This document shows positions 19,136-29,569 of a DNA stretch of 64,000 nt, piece after piece; the stretch's first letter is position 1; each line of letters opens with the position of its first letter. Source of the stretch: Patescibacteria group bacterium. Lineage in GTDB: Bacteria > Patescibacteriota > Patescibacteriia > Veblenbacterales > UBA10138. The stretch covers positions 19,751 through 83,750 of the forward strand of contig JAHITT010000004.1 of NCBI GenBank assembly GCA_018817715.1. The letters are read 5' to 3'. A program made the position numbers and the translations under genes. Under the pieces are notes generated by a model. The model had not been told where the DNA came from and made no database searches. It was given only the letters and a program-made list of their open reading frames with translations.

Positions 19136-20527
19136 ATGCTACCATTTTTTTTACTAACTGTAAAGATACTTATGGCGGAATTTAAAGACTTACCAACTAA
19201 CTCAATCAGTTATCATGAACCACCAGCCGCTCGGGGGAAATTTTTTTTGTATGGGGTTTTTATTCTGCTAAGTCTAACGGTAATTTGGCTAGCCAGACAA
19301 CCTCATGTTCAAGCAACTTTTATTGATTGGAATAATTATTCATTATGGGAAAACGTTAAACGTTTAACTAGTAGTGAAGACAAAGCCTTGCTCGGTGAAA
19401 ACGACGGCCGGATAAATTTTTTGCTGCTCGGCCAAGGTGGTCCAGGACATGACGGACCGTATTTAACCGATACAATTATGCTAGCCAGCTTAGACACCAA
19501 GCATAAAAATGTTGGTTTGTTGTCTTTGCCACGAGACTTAGTAGTTAATATACCCGGTTTTGGTGCCCGTAAAATAAACAATGCCAACGCTTTTGGTGAA
19601 TTAAAAGGCAATGGTTTGGGCCCCTTATTAGCTAAAGAAACTATTAGCCAACTTTTAGACCAACCAATTCATTATTATGTCCGCTTAGATTTTTCTAGTT
19701 TCGTTTCTTTGGTGGATGATTTAGGTGGTTTGCCAATTAATATAGAACAAAGCTTCACCGATAGTCAGTATCCAGGGCCAAACTATAGTTTTACTGTTGT
19801 TAATTTTGAAACCGGTCAACAAACTTTATCTGGCGAAAAAACTTTACAATATGTTCGCTCTAGGCATGGTAGTAATCAACAAGGCTCTGATTTTTCACGA
19901 GCTAAACGTCAACAACAAGTTCTACTAGCTCTAAAAGATCAATTATTATCTGCTAAAACATTATTTAATCCGCGTAAAATTCTCCATCTTTATCAAGATA
20001 TTTCCCAAGGACTACTAACCGATATTACCGCCCAAGAAACAGTTCGGCTAGCTAATTTATTAAGCGGCCTAAAAACCCAAAATATCCGACATCGAATAAT
20101 CGACACTTCACCCGGCGGCCTGCTTAAAGAAGCTACCGGCGGTGACGGAGCTTATTTACTCCTACCTAAAACAGCTGACTATTCTGATATTAAAAAATTA
20201 GCCGCTGATTTACTGGCTAATTCCGGCCCATTGGCCGAAAACCCCTACTTAATCATTGAAAATGGCACCACCATACCTGGTCTAGCTGAATCAGTTACCC
20301 AAACCTTAAAAAATAAAGGCCTAACCAATATAATCTTTGGCAATGCTAATCGCCGTGATTTCCCCCGCACGATATTGTATGATTACAGTGGTGGACAAAA
20401 ACCAGACAGTCGCCAACTACTGGAATCATTTTTCGGTCTAAACGCCGTAACTTTAGAACCAGTAACTACTAATTCCGAACAGGCGGATTTTCGTCTTATT
20501 TTAGGACGTGATCGAGCACCTAACTAA
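19136..20527 (+). CDS. LCP (LytR-CpsA-Psr) family protein with LytR_C domain
   Basis: LTDTIML, SLPRDL, RKINNA, YVRSRH, DFSRAKRQQ, ENGT..PGLA; true start may be 19172. Confidence 0.9.
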   Translation: MLPFFLLTVKILMAEFKDLPTNSISYHEPPAARGKFFLYGVFILLSLTVIWLARQPHVQATFIDWNNYSLWENVKRLTSSEDKALLGENDGRINFLLLGQGGPGHDGPYLTDTIMLASLDTKHKNVGLLSLPRDLVVNIPGFGARKINNANAFGELKGNGLGPLLAKETISQLLDQPIHYYVRLDFSSFVSLVDDLGGLPINIEQSFTDSQYPGPNYSFTVVNFETGQQTLSGEKTLQYVRSRHGSNQQGSDFSRAKRQQQVLLALKDQLLSAKTLFNPRKILHLYQDISQGLLTDITAQETVRLANLLSGLKTQNIRHRIIDTSPGGLLKEATGGDGAYLLLPKTADYSDIKKLAADLLANSGPLAENPYLIIENGTTIPGLAESVTQTLKNKGLTNIIFGNANRRDFPRTILYDYSGGQKPDSRQLLESFFGLNAVTLEPVTTNSEQADFRLILGRDRAPN

Positions 20528-20533
20528 AATTTT

Positions 20534-21829
20534 ATGTCTAGACCAGTCAGACCACAAGTATTATTAATCGGCCGAACTAATGTCGGTAAATCCACTTTAT
20601 TGAATCGTCTATCTAGCCAAGGACAATCTCTGGTCTCAGCTGAAAAAGATACCACCCGAGACAATAATTTGGGTTTGGCTAATTGGCGAGATAAAAGTTT
20701 TTTTATTGCTGACAGCGCTGGCTGCTCAGCGAATTTTATCAAACAAACAAAGGATTCACCAACTCATAAACTAATTAAAGAAGTTGATGTGGTGGTAATG
20801 GTTATTGATGGACAAACTGGATTAAGTGACTTAGAAATAAACCTAGCCAAATGGCTTTATCGTTTAAAAAAACCAGTCATCCTGGCGATTAATAAAATAG
20901 ATGGTCAGGCTTGGCGTAATCAAGCGGCCAATATTCATCTAGGTTTTAAAGAAAAAATAATGGTCTCAGCTAAAACCGGCGTCGGCCTGGGTGATTTATT
21001 GGATTTAATCTACAAACACTTAAAAGAAAGCCATCTGCCCAAAGCCAGTTATTGTTTTACTTTAATTGGTAAAACTAATGTCGGTAAATCCTCCTTATTT
21101 AATAAGCTTCTTAGACAAGAAAGAAGTTTAGTGTTGGAAACACCCCATACCACGCGAGATCGACAAACTGATTGGTTTAATTGGCAAGGCAAACTTTTAG
21201 AATTAAGAGATACTGCCGGTGTTAGGCGTCAGCTTCAAGCGGCTCCCCATTTAGAAAAACAAAGTGTCAAACAAACTAAACACAGCTTCACTGATAGTGA
21301 TGGCTTACTGCTAGTTCTAGATGGAAACGAGCCAGCCACCTGGCAAGATCAAAGATTAGCTGGCGAAATAAAAAATAGCGGCTTACCGATTGTTGTACTA
21401 TTAAATAAATCCGATTTAATCAAGGACCAAGAAGATAGAAAATTAGTAAGTAAAAACTTAAGTCACTATTTTCCCTTTATTTCCTTCAGTCCACTACTGT
21501 GGGTGTCGGCGCACAGCCACCAAGGACTAAAAAACGTCATTCCCACACTACTCCAAGTCAGACAAAACGCCGAAAGACAGTTGACCGAAACGGAATTAAA
21601 AAAGTTTTTTGCTTTTTTGAAAAAAACTGAACCAACTCGTAACTTAACTCTAAAAAGTTTCACCCAAACCAGTACGGTACCACCACGTTTTGTTTTAGCA
21701 GTAAAAACCAGAGAACGACTGCCTCAAGCTTTGGGCAACTGGGTGGAAAGTAAACTTAGGCGTCTGTTTGATTTTACTGGCACGCCTATTAAAGTTCGCT
21801 TGCAGGGTGTACGCCAAACTAATACTTAA
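20534..21829 (+). CDS. der: Ribosome biogenesis GTPase Der
   Basis: Tandem GTPase domains GRTNVGKS and GKTNVGKS, TTRD, NKID, C-terminal F.GTPI. Confidence 0.9.
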   Translation: MSRPVRPQVLLIGRTNVGKSTLLNRLSSQGQSLVSAEKDTTRDNNLGLANWRDKSFFIADSAGCSANFIKQTKDSPTHKLIKEVDVVVMVIDGQTGLSDLEINLAKWLYRLKKPVILAINKIDGQAWRNQAANIHLGFKEKIMVSAKTGVGLGDLLDLIYKHLKESHLPKASYCFTLIGKTNVGKSSLFNKLLRQERSLVLETPHTTRDRQTDWFNWQGKLLELRDTAGVRRQLQAAPHLEKQSVKQTKHSFTDSDGLLLVLDGNEPATWQDQRLAGEIKNSGLPIVVLLNKSDLIKDQEDRKLVSKNLSHYFPFISFSPLLWVSAHSHQGLKNVIPTLLQVRQNAERQLTETELKKFFAFLKKTEPTRNLTLKSFTQTSTVPPRFVLAVKTRERLPQALGNWVESKLRRLFDFTGTPIKVRLQGVRQTNT

Positions 21830-21832
21830 TTT

Positions 21833-22423
21833 ATGAGTCGTCCCACACCAGACAATTCGCTACTACTGGTCGGCCTAGGCAATCCCGGCTCAGCTTATAA
21901 ATTAACTAGACATAATTTCGGGTGGTTAGTCTTGGACGCCTTAGCTAAAAAACAACAAGCTACCTGGCTTAAACAAAATAAATTTTCTGGAGAATTAGCC
22001 TCTTTTAAACTGGCTAGCCAAACCATTCGTCTACTTAAACCTCTAACGTTTATGAATCAATCTGGTTTAAGCGTTAAACTGGTAACAGATTATTTTAAAA
22101 TCAAAAAAAATAATATCTGGTTATTACATGATGATTTAGACTTACCCTTAGGTAGTATTCGGTTATCCTATCAAGCCAGTGCCGCCGGACACAATGGCGT
22201 CCAAAGCATCTTTAAGGCTTTAGATAAAATAATTGATTGGCGGTTCCGTTTAGGTTTAGGCCGATCAGATCAAAATATACCTACTGAATCTTTTGTTTTA
22301 CAAAAATTTTCAACAACCGAACAAAAAATAGTAAAAAAAACGATTACTCTAGCTGTGGCTCTTTTGGAACAAAGTTTGGCCACCAGCCAACCAACTTCAC
22401 AAACTAGAACAATCAACAAATAA
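21833..22423 (+). CDS. pth: Peptidyl-tRNA hydrolase
   Basis: VGLGNPG..Y..TRHNFG, KP.TFMN.SG, HDDLDLP, GHNG. Confidence 0.96.
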   Translation: MSRPTPDNSLLLVGLGNPGSAYKLTRHNFGWLVLDALAKKQQATWLKQNKFSGELASFKLASQTIRLLKPLTFMNQSGLSVKLVTDYFKIKKNNIWLLHDDLDLPLGSIRLSYQASAAGHNGVQSIFKALDKIIDWRFRLGLGRSDQNIPTESFVLQKFSTTEQKIVKKTITLAVALLEQSLATSQPTSQTRTINK

Positions 22424-22448
22424 TTTTACTATCCTTCTTTAAAAAAAT

Positions 22449-22478
22449 TAAAAATACCAACCCTATAAAAAGGTTGGC
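22449..22478 (-). terminator. Intrinsic terminator closing the candidate ncRNA
   Basis: GCCAACCT-TTTTATA-GGGTTGGT followed by ATTTTTAATTTTTTT. Confidence 0.65.
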
Positions 22479-22638
22479 TTATAAACTGGTTTATAATTTT
22501 TGTGCTTAAGTCTACTTATCAGCGTTAAACGATCCAGAAAACTGGTTCAGCCTAACTTTGCAGATGTCTCTCATTAAGGAGGGGTCACAAGAGGCATCAC
22601 TGACAAGTAGACCAAAACACACAAAATATATTAGTAGG
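22449..22638 (-). ncRNA. Candidate ~190-nt structured ncRNA, unassigned
   Basis: Own promoter and terminator; 15-bp closing helix (22598-22612 with 22510-22524) with two G-U pairs that form only on the minus strand; internal hairpins. Confidence 0.55.
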
Positions 22639-22642
22639 CAAA

Positions 22643-22671
22643 ATCTTATCACAAGATTAAGCTACTGTCAA
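22643..22671 (-). promoter_or_regulatory. sigma70 promoter TTGACA-17-TAAGAT
   Basis: -35 at 22671-22666, -10 at 22648-22643; no minus-strand protein gene downstream. Confidence 0.7.
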
Positions 22672-22712
22672 CAGTATAACAAACAAATTAGTCAAACAAA
22701 AACCTATTATTC

Positions 22713-25700
22713 ATGCTTAAAAATAACCTGCCTAACAACCTGTCGGCCCAGGCTTATTTTATCGCCAATCTCCCCCCCACCGCTCTTAATAACGGTGTTT
22801 TGTGGTACTTAACCAACGCCAAATTACAACCAGTCGCCCAAGCCTTATTAAAATTTTTTATCAAACTTAATCAACAGCCAATCAAACTATTTAATTGGCC
22901 AGAAAACTTTATTGATTGGCTGGCAACCAACCAACACCCACAAGCTAATATTTTAACTCTGCCAGCTGAATACCTAAACTTAAGTTTACCTAATGCTACT
23001 AGTTTATCTAAAGGCCAAATTATTCTGAAAGTAGGCCAAATTATAAAACCCCTAGCTGTCCTAAATCATTTGCAATCGGTCGGTTATCAACCTGGACCCT
23101 TAGTGGACCAAGGCGGTTGGTTTGTAAAAAAAGGCGGTCTGTTGCAGATAACTGATCAAGCAACTAGTTGGCTTATATCTTGGAACAACAATACCATCGA
23201 AAACATTCAACAATTTAATTTGGAAACCGAAAGCCCTCTTAAACAAATAAGCGCTATTACTCTAGCGCCCCTAAGACTGACTGCCGATCCTAACTGCACA
23301 ATAAAAAACTTTCTTAAACCAACCAGCCAACTAATAGCGGCGCCAATAAATTTAGACTGGTCTAGAATTAAACGTCTTAACTGTGATCCCCTACAACCTT
23401 CTCCCAGCTTTACCAACTTGCCTCGTTTTGGCAAACAATGGGATTTATTTTACTCTTATTTGCAAAATCAATTGGCTCAAGGCCAAACTATAAAAATAAT
23501 AACTGCCGAACCAATCGACCTAAAATACCACCTCCAAGACTATTTAAACAAAGTTGAATTAATCGAAGCACCAGCTGATTTAATAAATGAGCTAACTGGT
23601 TTTAAAGATTTGATTAAACAAACTATTTTTTTAACCGACCGAGAAATCATCGGCCTAAGTCAAAGACAAAAAACAACCGGCCTTAAATCTTATGAAAAAA
23701 TTTCCGCTGGTGATTATCTCGTTCATATTGACCATGGCATTGGACGCTTTGAGGGATTAAATGAACAAACAGTTGACGGCCTAACCCGAGAATACTTTGC
23801 CTTAAGCTATGCCGATGATGATAAACTTTATGTACCCATTGAACATACCGACCGTTTATCGCGTTATTTGGGCAATCCCCACCCTAAACTACAACGTCTT
23901 AGTAGCGCCAGTTGGTGGCAAATAACCAAAAAAGTAAAAGCTGAAGCTATGGCTTTAGCTAGTGAACTTTTACAACTCTATGCCCAGCGCCAACAAAGTC
24001 AAACTAAAGCTTGGCAACAATTTCCCGAAGAAGAAGTACTAGCTGCTTCTTTCCCCTGGCCGCTGACCGCCGACCAATTAAAAACCTGGCAGGATATTAC
24101 AGCTGATTTAGAACAAAATAAACCCATGGATCGGCTAATTTGTGGCGACGTTGGTTTTGGTAAAACTGAACTAGCTGTCCGAGCCAGTTTAAAAGCAATT
24201 CTGAACGGTTACCAAGTGGCCCTACTGGCCCCGACGACTATTCTAGCTCAACAACATTTTGACACTTTTAGTCAAAGGTTAAAAAAATTTCCTATAACTT
24301 TAGGCCTACTGACCAGAGCTCAAGGCTCAGCAACTATTAAACAGATTAAACAAAATTTAACCAATCAAAAAATTGACATTGCTATAGGTACGCACGCTTT
24401 ATTATCCAATGATGTAATCTTTAAAAAATTAGGCTTATTAGTAATTGATGAAGAGCAACGATTCGGCGTTAAACAAAAAGACCAGCTTAAAAAAATCCGG
24501 CCCGACTTACATGTTATCTCCTTGTCCGCCACACCTATACCCAGAACTTTAAATTTAGCCTTAGCTAACATTCGAGATTTATCCCTTATTAATACTCCAC
24601 CTAGCAACCGCTTATCCATAAAAACTTTGGTCCAACCTGAAAGTAACCAACTTATTAAACAAGCTATTACTTTAGAAATTAATCGTGGGGGACAAGTTTT
24701 TTATTTAGTCAACCGCATTAAGGATTTGCCAGCCGTCCAAAATAAATTAAAAAAACTACTACCTCATTTAACCCTAGGGGTCATCCACGGCCAAATGTCA
24801 CCTAAAAATGTCGCTGACACCATGCACCGGTTTGACCAAGGACAATTAAGCTTACTCTTGGCCACAGCCATGATAGAACACGGATTGGATTTTCCTAACG
24901 TTAATACTTTACTGGTAGAAAAAGCTGACCGGTTTGGTTTGGCTGATTTATACCAATTGCGTGGTCGCGTTGGCCGCAGTTCCACCCAAGCCTATGCTTA
25001 TTTTTTAATTGGCCCCAAACCAACCAGCCAGGCCACCAACCGGCTAAACAGTTTACTAGAAGCAGAAAGTTTAGGTAGTGGCTTAAGCTTGGCTTTAAAA
25101 GATATTGAATTGCGAGGCGCTGGTGCTATTTTAGGCAAAGAACAACATGGCAATGTATCGGCGGTTGGCCTGCATCTTTACGGCCAGCTTCTCCAACAAG
25201 CGGTGGCTGAAATAAAAAATAACCAACCTTCTCCCACTATACCCGAAGTTATGTTGCGTTTACCTTTGGAGGCCAGACTTAGCCCACAATTAAACCTAAG
25301 CCAAAGTGCCAGGCTAAACCTGTATCAAAAATTAGCCGCTGTTCGCCAACCAAACGAATTACTAAACGAAGCAACTACTTTATTAGGTCGACCTTTAAAT
25401 AACGACCAACCAGATCAATTACTTAAAAATTTACTAACCCTGCTAGAAATAAAACTTTTAGCCGAACAAGCCAGACTGCGAGAAGTCTCTTGTCAAAGCG
25501 GTTCCCACTTTGGTCAATTTATTTTGCGTTGGTTAGAAAAACCCTCGCCAGAAATTAACCAACGATTAAAAAATTTCGACCCCAGCTGGCGCCAAACAGA
25601 AACTGGTTGGCAAGCTCATCATCCTTTAGCCGCCGGCGCTTGGCTTCCCTGGCTTAAAGAAAGTCTGCGACAAATTAAAAAATCAACCTGGCTTAACTAA
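22713..25700 (+). CDS. mfd: Transcription-repair coupling factor Mfd (divergent N-terminus)
   Basis: CarD-like VHIDHGIGRF, GDVGFGKTE, DEEQRFG, SATPIPRTL, QLRGRVGR, TRCF tail. Confidence 0.93.
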   Translation: MLKNNLPNNLSAQAYFIANLPPTALNNGVLWYLTNAKLQPVAQALLKFFIKLNQQPIKLFNWPENFIDWLATNQHPQANILTLPAEYLNLSLPNATSLSKGQIILKVGQIIKPLAVLNHLQSVGYQPGPLVDQGGWFVKKGGLLQITDQATSWLISWNNNTIENIQQFNLETESPLKQISAITLAPLRLTADPNCTIKNFLKPTSQLIAAPINLDWSRIKRLNCDPLQPSPSFTNLPRFGKQWDLFYSYLQNQLAQGQTIKIITAEPIDLKYHLQDYLNKVELIEAPADLINELTGFKDLIKQTIFLTDREIIGLSQRQKTTGLKSYEKISAGDYLVHIDHGIGRFEGLNEQTVDGLTREYFALSYADDDKLYVPIEHTDRLSRYLGNPHPKLQRLSSASWWQITKKVKAEAMALASELLQLYAQRQQSQTKAWQQFPEEEVLAASFPWPLTADQLKTWQDITADLEQNKPMDRLICGDVGFGKTELAVRASLKAILNGYQVALLAPTTILAQQHFDTFSQRLKKFPITLGLLTRAQGSATIKQIKQNLTNQKIDIAIGTHALLSNDVIFKKLGLLVIDEEQRFGVKQKDQLKKIRPDLHVISLSATPIPRTLNLALANIRDLSLINTPPSNRLSIKTLVQPESNQLIKQAITLEINRGGQVFYLVNRIKDLPAVQNKLKKLLPHLTLGVIHGQMSPKNVADTMHRFDQGQLSLLLATAMIEHGLDFPNVNTLLVEKADRFGLADLYQLRGRVGRSSTQAYAYFLIGPKPTSQATNRLNSLLEAESLGSGLSLALKDIELRGAGAILGKEQHGNVSAVGLHLYGQLLQQAVAEIKNNQPSPTIPEVMLRLPLEARLSPQLNLSQSARLNLYQKLAAVRQPNELLNEATTLLGRPLNNDQPDQLLKNLLTLLEIKLLAEQARLREVSCQSGSHFGQFILRWLEKPSPEINQRLKNFDPSWRQTETGWQAHHPLAAGAWLPWLKESLRQIKKSTWLN

Positions 25701-25774
25701 ATAAATAACTTGCCCATAAACCAGTTATTTATTTATAATCACTAATATAAGCAGTCTAAATTTAGGAGGAATTT

Positions 25775-26860
25775 ATGACTAATTTAACAGAAGAGCGCTT
25801 GTACTATCTGGCCTGGTCTTGGTTTTATAAAGTTGGACCAACTAAAATAAACCAGCTAACAAAAAAATTCGGCAGTTTAACCAAAGCCTGGCACGGCTCA
25901 ACCAGCGCTTTTAATAAATTAGGCTGGGAAGAAAAATTAATAGCCGACTTTTTAACTTATCGCCAATCAACCGAACCTAGTGCCCTTAAAGCTAAATTGC
26001 AACAACTTAATATAGATTTTTGCACGCCGCTAGATAAAGCTTACCCCGACTTACTTAAACAAATTTGTTCCCCGCCGACTGTTATTTACTACCAAGGCGA
26101 TATTACCATTTTAAGTAAACGTTGTTTGGCAATTGTTGGCAGCCGGCGCCCCACCGCTTACGGACAAAGATTAACCGAAGAATTAGCTTCAGCTGCGGCT
26201 CGAGCCGGTTTAACCATTGTTTCTGGTTTGGCTTATGGTATTGATGCCATTGCCCACTTAGCTTGTCTAAAACAAAACGGCTCAGCAGCTGCTGTACTGG
26301 CCGGTGGCTTGGATGATATTTATCCCAAAATCAATTATCACCTGGCCCAAAAAATAATAGACTGCAGTGGACTACTGCTTAGCGAATATCCACCGGGCAC
26401 ACCTTCGCTAAAACAACATTTCCCTTTGCGTAACCGTCTGATTGCCGGACTTAGCCAAGCCATTTTAATAACTGAAGCCGCGGCCAATTCTGGTTCTTTA
26501 ATTACTGCTCGTTTGGGGCTGGATTACAATCGGGAAATCGCCGCCGTACCCGGTAGTATTTATTCTGCCTTATCCCAAGGCTGCTTGGAGCTTATTAAAC
26601 AAGGTGCTAAAACTATTTGTTCAACCAAAGACCTTCTGGAAATTTTTAATTTGGTGGCCAGTGACCATCAACCAACCGAATCTCTAACTTTAGACGAAGA
26701 AAAATTTTTAAAAGATTTACCTTTGCAAAGTCTGCCTTTAAAACAAATTATGGAACTAACCGGCCAATCAGCCAGTCAAGTTTTAGCCAACTTATCCGTC
26801 TTGGAAATAAAAGGTTATATTAAATCCTTGGACGGCGAAAATTTCTCGCGTTTATACTAA
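25775..26860 (+). CDS. dprA: DNA processing protein DprA
   Basis: AIVGSR, IVSGLAYGID, FPLRNRLIAGLS, SGSLITA. Confidence 0.95.
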   Translation: MTNLTEERLYYLAWSWFYKVGPTKINQLTKKFGSLTKAWHGSTSAFNKLGWEEKLIADFLTYRQSTEPSALKAKLQQLNIDFCTPLDKAYPDLLKQICSPPTVIYYQGDITILSKRCLAIVGSRRPTAYGQRLTEELASAAARAGLTIVSGLAYGIDAIAHLACLKQNGSAAAVLAGGLDDIYPKINYHLAQKIIDCSGLLLSEYPPGTPSLKQHFPLRNRLIAGLSQAILITEAAANSGSLITARLGLDYNREIAAVPGSIYSALSQGCLELIKQGAKTICSTKDLLEIFNLVASDHQPTESLTLDEEKFLKDLPLQSLPLKQIMELTGQSASQVLANLSVLEIKGYIKSLDGENFSRLY

Positions 26861-26944
26861 AATCTTAATGAACCAGTTTGACAAGTGGATAAAGCTGTAG
26901 TATCTGTTAGAAATGATTAGGTTTGATAATTTATTTATATTTTT

Positions 26945-29497
26945 GTGGCTAATAACTTAGTTATCGTTGAATCTCCTACCAAAGCCAGAACCATTGGCAA
27001 ATTTTTAGATTCCTCTTACCAAGTGGTGTCGTCCTACGGGCATATTCGTGATTTACCTAAATCCAAATTGGGTATTGATTTGGAAAACAACTTCTCACCC
27101 GATTATATTATTTCACCAGGAGCCAAAAAAAATGTCACGGCCTTAAAAAGTCAAATCAAAAAAATCGATATAGTTTATTTGGCAACAGACGAAGACCGCG
27201 AAGGTGAAGCCATTGCCTGGCATTTAGCTGAAGTTTTGGCTTTAAAACCTAAGCAAACCAAAAGAATTGTTTTTCACGAAATCACTCAAGAAGCTATTAC
27301 TGCCGCTTTACAAAAACCTCGGCAAATTAATGATAATTTAGTCAAAGCCCAAGAAGCTAGGCGTTTGCTGGACAGATTATATGGCTATAGTGTCTCGCCG
27401 ATTCTGTGGCGCAAAATAAAACCCGGTTTATCAGCCGGCCGAGTGCAAAGTGTAGCGGTTAAACTTATTGTGGAACGAGAAAAATTACGCCTTAAATTTA
27501 AATCCAGTCAATTTTGGGATATTGCGGCTGACTTTATGGCTAAAGGCGGACAATTCCAAGCCCAACTAACCGAATTTAATAACCAACCAGTAGCCAGCGG
27601 CAAAGATTTTAACGCCGACACTGGACAACTTAAAAATAAGCTAGCTGTTTGGTTAAAACAAACTGAAACGGAAAAATTAATTCAAGATTTACAAAACCAA
27701 ACCGGTACTATTAGCCAAGTCGACAGTAAACCGTTTAACGAAAACCCTTGGCCACCTTTTACCACCAGTACCTTACAACAAGAAGCAAACCGCAAATTAA
27801 GATACTCGGCCAGGCGCACCATGCAATTAGCCCAAAGTTTATATGAACAAGGTTACATTACCTACATGCGTACCGATTCCACCTTGCTGTCTCAACAAGC
27901 TTTAACCGCCGCCCGGCAATGGATTAAAGAACAATACGGCGATAAATATTTAAGCCCGCAAGTCAGACAATACCAAACCACTAGCAAAAACGCTCAAGAA
28001 GCTCACGAAGCCATTCGACCAGCTGGTTCAACTTTCCAACCTTTAACTCTAGTTAAACAACAAGTCGACGAAGACGCTTTTAAACTTTACGAACTAATTT
28101 GGAAAAGAACTGTGGCTTCGCAAATGGCTTCCAGTCAAGGTGTACGCTTAACCGTTAAAGTAACTGTTAGTCAGGCGATTTTTACAGCCAAAGGAAAAAC
28201 TTTTAGTTTTGATGGCTACCGCCGAGCCTATATAGAAGGTTCCGATGACCCAGAAACCGATTTAACCGAACTGGAAACCGTTCTGCCACCCTTAACCAAA
28301 AACGAATCAGTTAAAGCCTTGGCCATGCAAGCCAAAGAACATCTTACCCAACCGCCCAACCGTTTAACTGAAGCGGCTTTGGTAAAAGAAATGGAAACTC
28401 GCGGTATTGGCCGACCATCTACTTACGCCGCCATTATTGAAACAATCCTGCGCCGTGAATATGTAAATAAAAAAGGCACAGCCTTAGTACCGACCTTTAC
28501 CGCCTTTGCTGTTACTAATTTATTAGATCAATATTTAAGCCAATTTATTGATTACAATTTTACCGCGCAGATGGAAGATAAATTGGACAATATTGCTTTA
28601 GGTCAAGGCGACCATAAAGATTACTTACGCGACTTTTACTTTGGCAATAATCAAACCGGACTACAACCGATTTTAGAACATGTTAAAGATCAAATAGATC
28701 CCCGCTTAACCAGCGGCGTAACCATTGGCCAAAAAGACGACCAACCGATTGAAGTGCGCATTGGCCGTTATGGCCCCTTTATCCGCTGGCAAGATAAAAC
28801 CGTTAGCCTGCCTATAGATATTACGCCCGACGAATTAACAGTGGACAAAGCCTTAGAATTATTACAAACCGGTGGCAACGGCCCTAAAGAATTAGGCACC
28901 CATCCTGATAACGGACAAACTATTTATGTTAAAGTGGGCAGGTTCGGCCCCTATGTTCAATTGGGCGAAACACCGACCAAAACTGGCGATAAAGCCAAAG
29001 ACAAATTATTACCTAAACCCAAAATGGCTTCTTTGCTTAAAGATATGTCGCCGGACACGGTTACTTTAGAACAAGCTTTAGAATTATTAAGCTTACCCAA
29101 AGAAATCGGTCTTAATCCTAAAAATAACGAAATCATTTGGGCCGCCAACGGACGATTCGGTCCTTATATTAAATGCGGAATAGACACCAGAAGTTTAAAC
29201 AATGGCTTAACACCTCTTAATGTTACTTTAGAACAAGCTTTAGAACTTTTGGCTCAAGATAAAAAAACCAGCCGTCGCACCGCCGAAACTCTTAAAGAAC
29301 TAGGCCAGAGCGAAGACGGTAAAACCATTAAAGTAATGAACGGCCGCTACGGCCCTTATGTGTCAGATGGCAAAACCAATGCCACCCTGCCCAAAAACGA
29401 ATCCGCTGAAACAATTACTTTAGCTAAGGCTTTGGAACTGATACAAGAAAAACAAGGCAAGCCTAAAAAAAGACGCCGTAGTAAGAAATCTGAATAA
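26945..29497 (+). CDS. topA: DNA topoisomerase I with Toprim_C repeats
   Basis: IVESPTKA, ATDEDREGE, SAGRVQS, ITYMRTD, GIGRPSTY, repeated GRYGPY. Confidence 0.97.
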   Translation: MANNLVIVESPTKARTIGKFLDSSYQVVSSYGHIRDLPKSKLGIDLENNFSPDYIISPGAKKNVTALKSQIKKIDIVYLATDEDREGEAIAWHLAEVLALKPKQTKRIVFHEITQEAITAALQKPRQINDNLVKAQEARRLLDRLYGYSVSPILWRKIKPGLSAGRVQSVAVKLIVEREKLRLKFKSSQFWDIAADFMAKGGQFQAQLTEFNNQPVASGKDFNADTGQLKNKLAVWLKQTETEKLIQDLQNQTGTISQVDSKPFNENPWPPFTTSTLQQEANRKLRYSARRTMQLAQSLYEQGYITYMRTDSTLLSQQALTAARQWIKEQYGDKYLSPQVRQYQTTSKNAQEAHEAIRPAGSTFQPLTLVKQQVDEDAFKLYELIWKRTVASQMASSQGVRLTVKVTVSQAIFTAKGKTFSFDGYRRAYIEGSDDPETDLTELETVLPPLTKNESVKALAMQAKEHLTQPPNRLTEAALVKEMETRGIGRPSTYAAIIETILRREYVNKKGTALVPTFTAFAVTNLLDQYLSQFIDYNFTAQMEDKLDNIALGQGDHKDYLRDFYFGNNQTGLQPILEHVKDQIDPRLTSGVTIGQKDDQPIEVRIGRYGPFIRWQDKTVSLPIDITPDELTVDKALELLQTGGNGPKELGTHPDNGQTIYVKVGRFGPYVQLGETPTKTGDKAKDKLLPKPKMASLLKDMSPDTVTLEQALELLSLPKEIGLNPKNNEIIWAANGRFGPYIKCGIDTRSLNNGLTPLNVTLEQALELLAQDKKTSRRTAETLKELGQSEDGKTIKVMNGRYGPYVSDGKTNATLPKNESAETITLAKALELIQEKQGKPKKRRRSKKSE

Positions 29498-29514
29498 TTA
29501 ATCAAATTTTATTT

Positions 29515-29549
29515 AACCAACCCCTTGCCTAGCAAAGGGTTGGTTTTTT
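29515..29549 (+). terminator. Terminator after topA
   Basis: AACCAACCCCTTGC-CTA-GCAAAGGGTTGGTT then a T run. Confidence 0.75.
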
Positions 29550-29569
29550 ATTTCTGCCTTTATCAACTA

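Noticed and set aside
22558-22812. 84-aa plus-strand ORF upstream of and overlapping mfd
   Set aside because: TTG start, no recognisable motifs, overlaps mfd; region better explained by the minus-strand RNA
29060-29245. Exact ~24-bp repeat GTTACTTTAGAACAAGCTTTAGAA in topA
   Set aside because: Ordinary coding repeat of the topoisomerase C-terminal repeat domain
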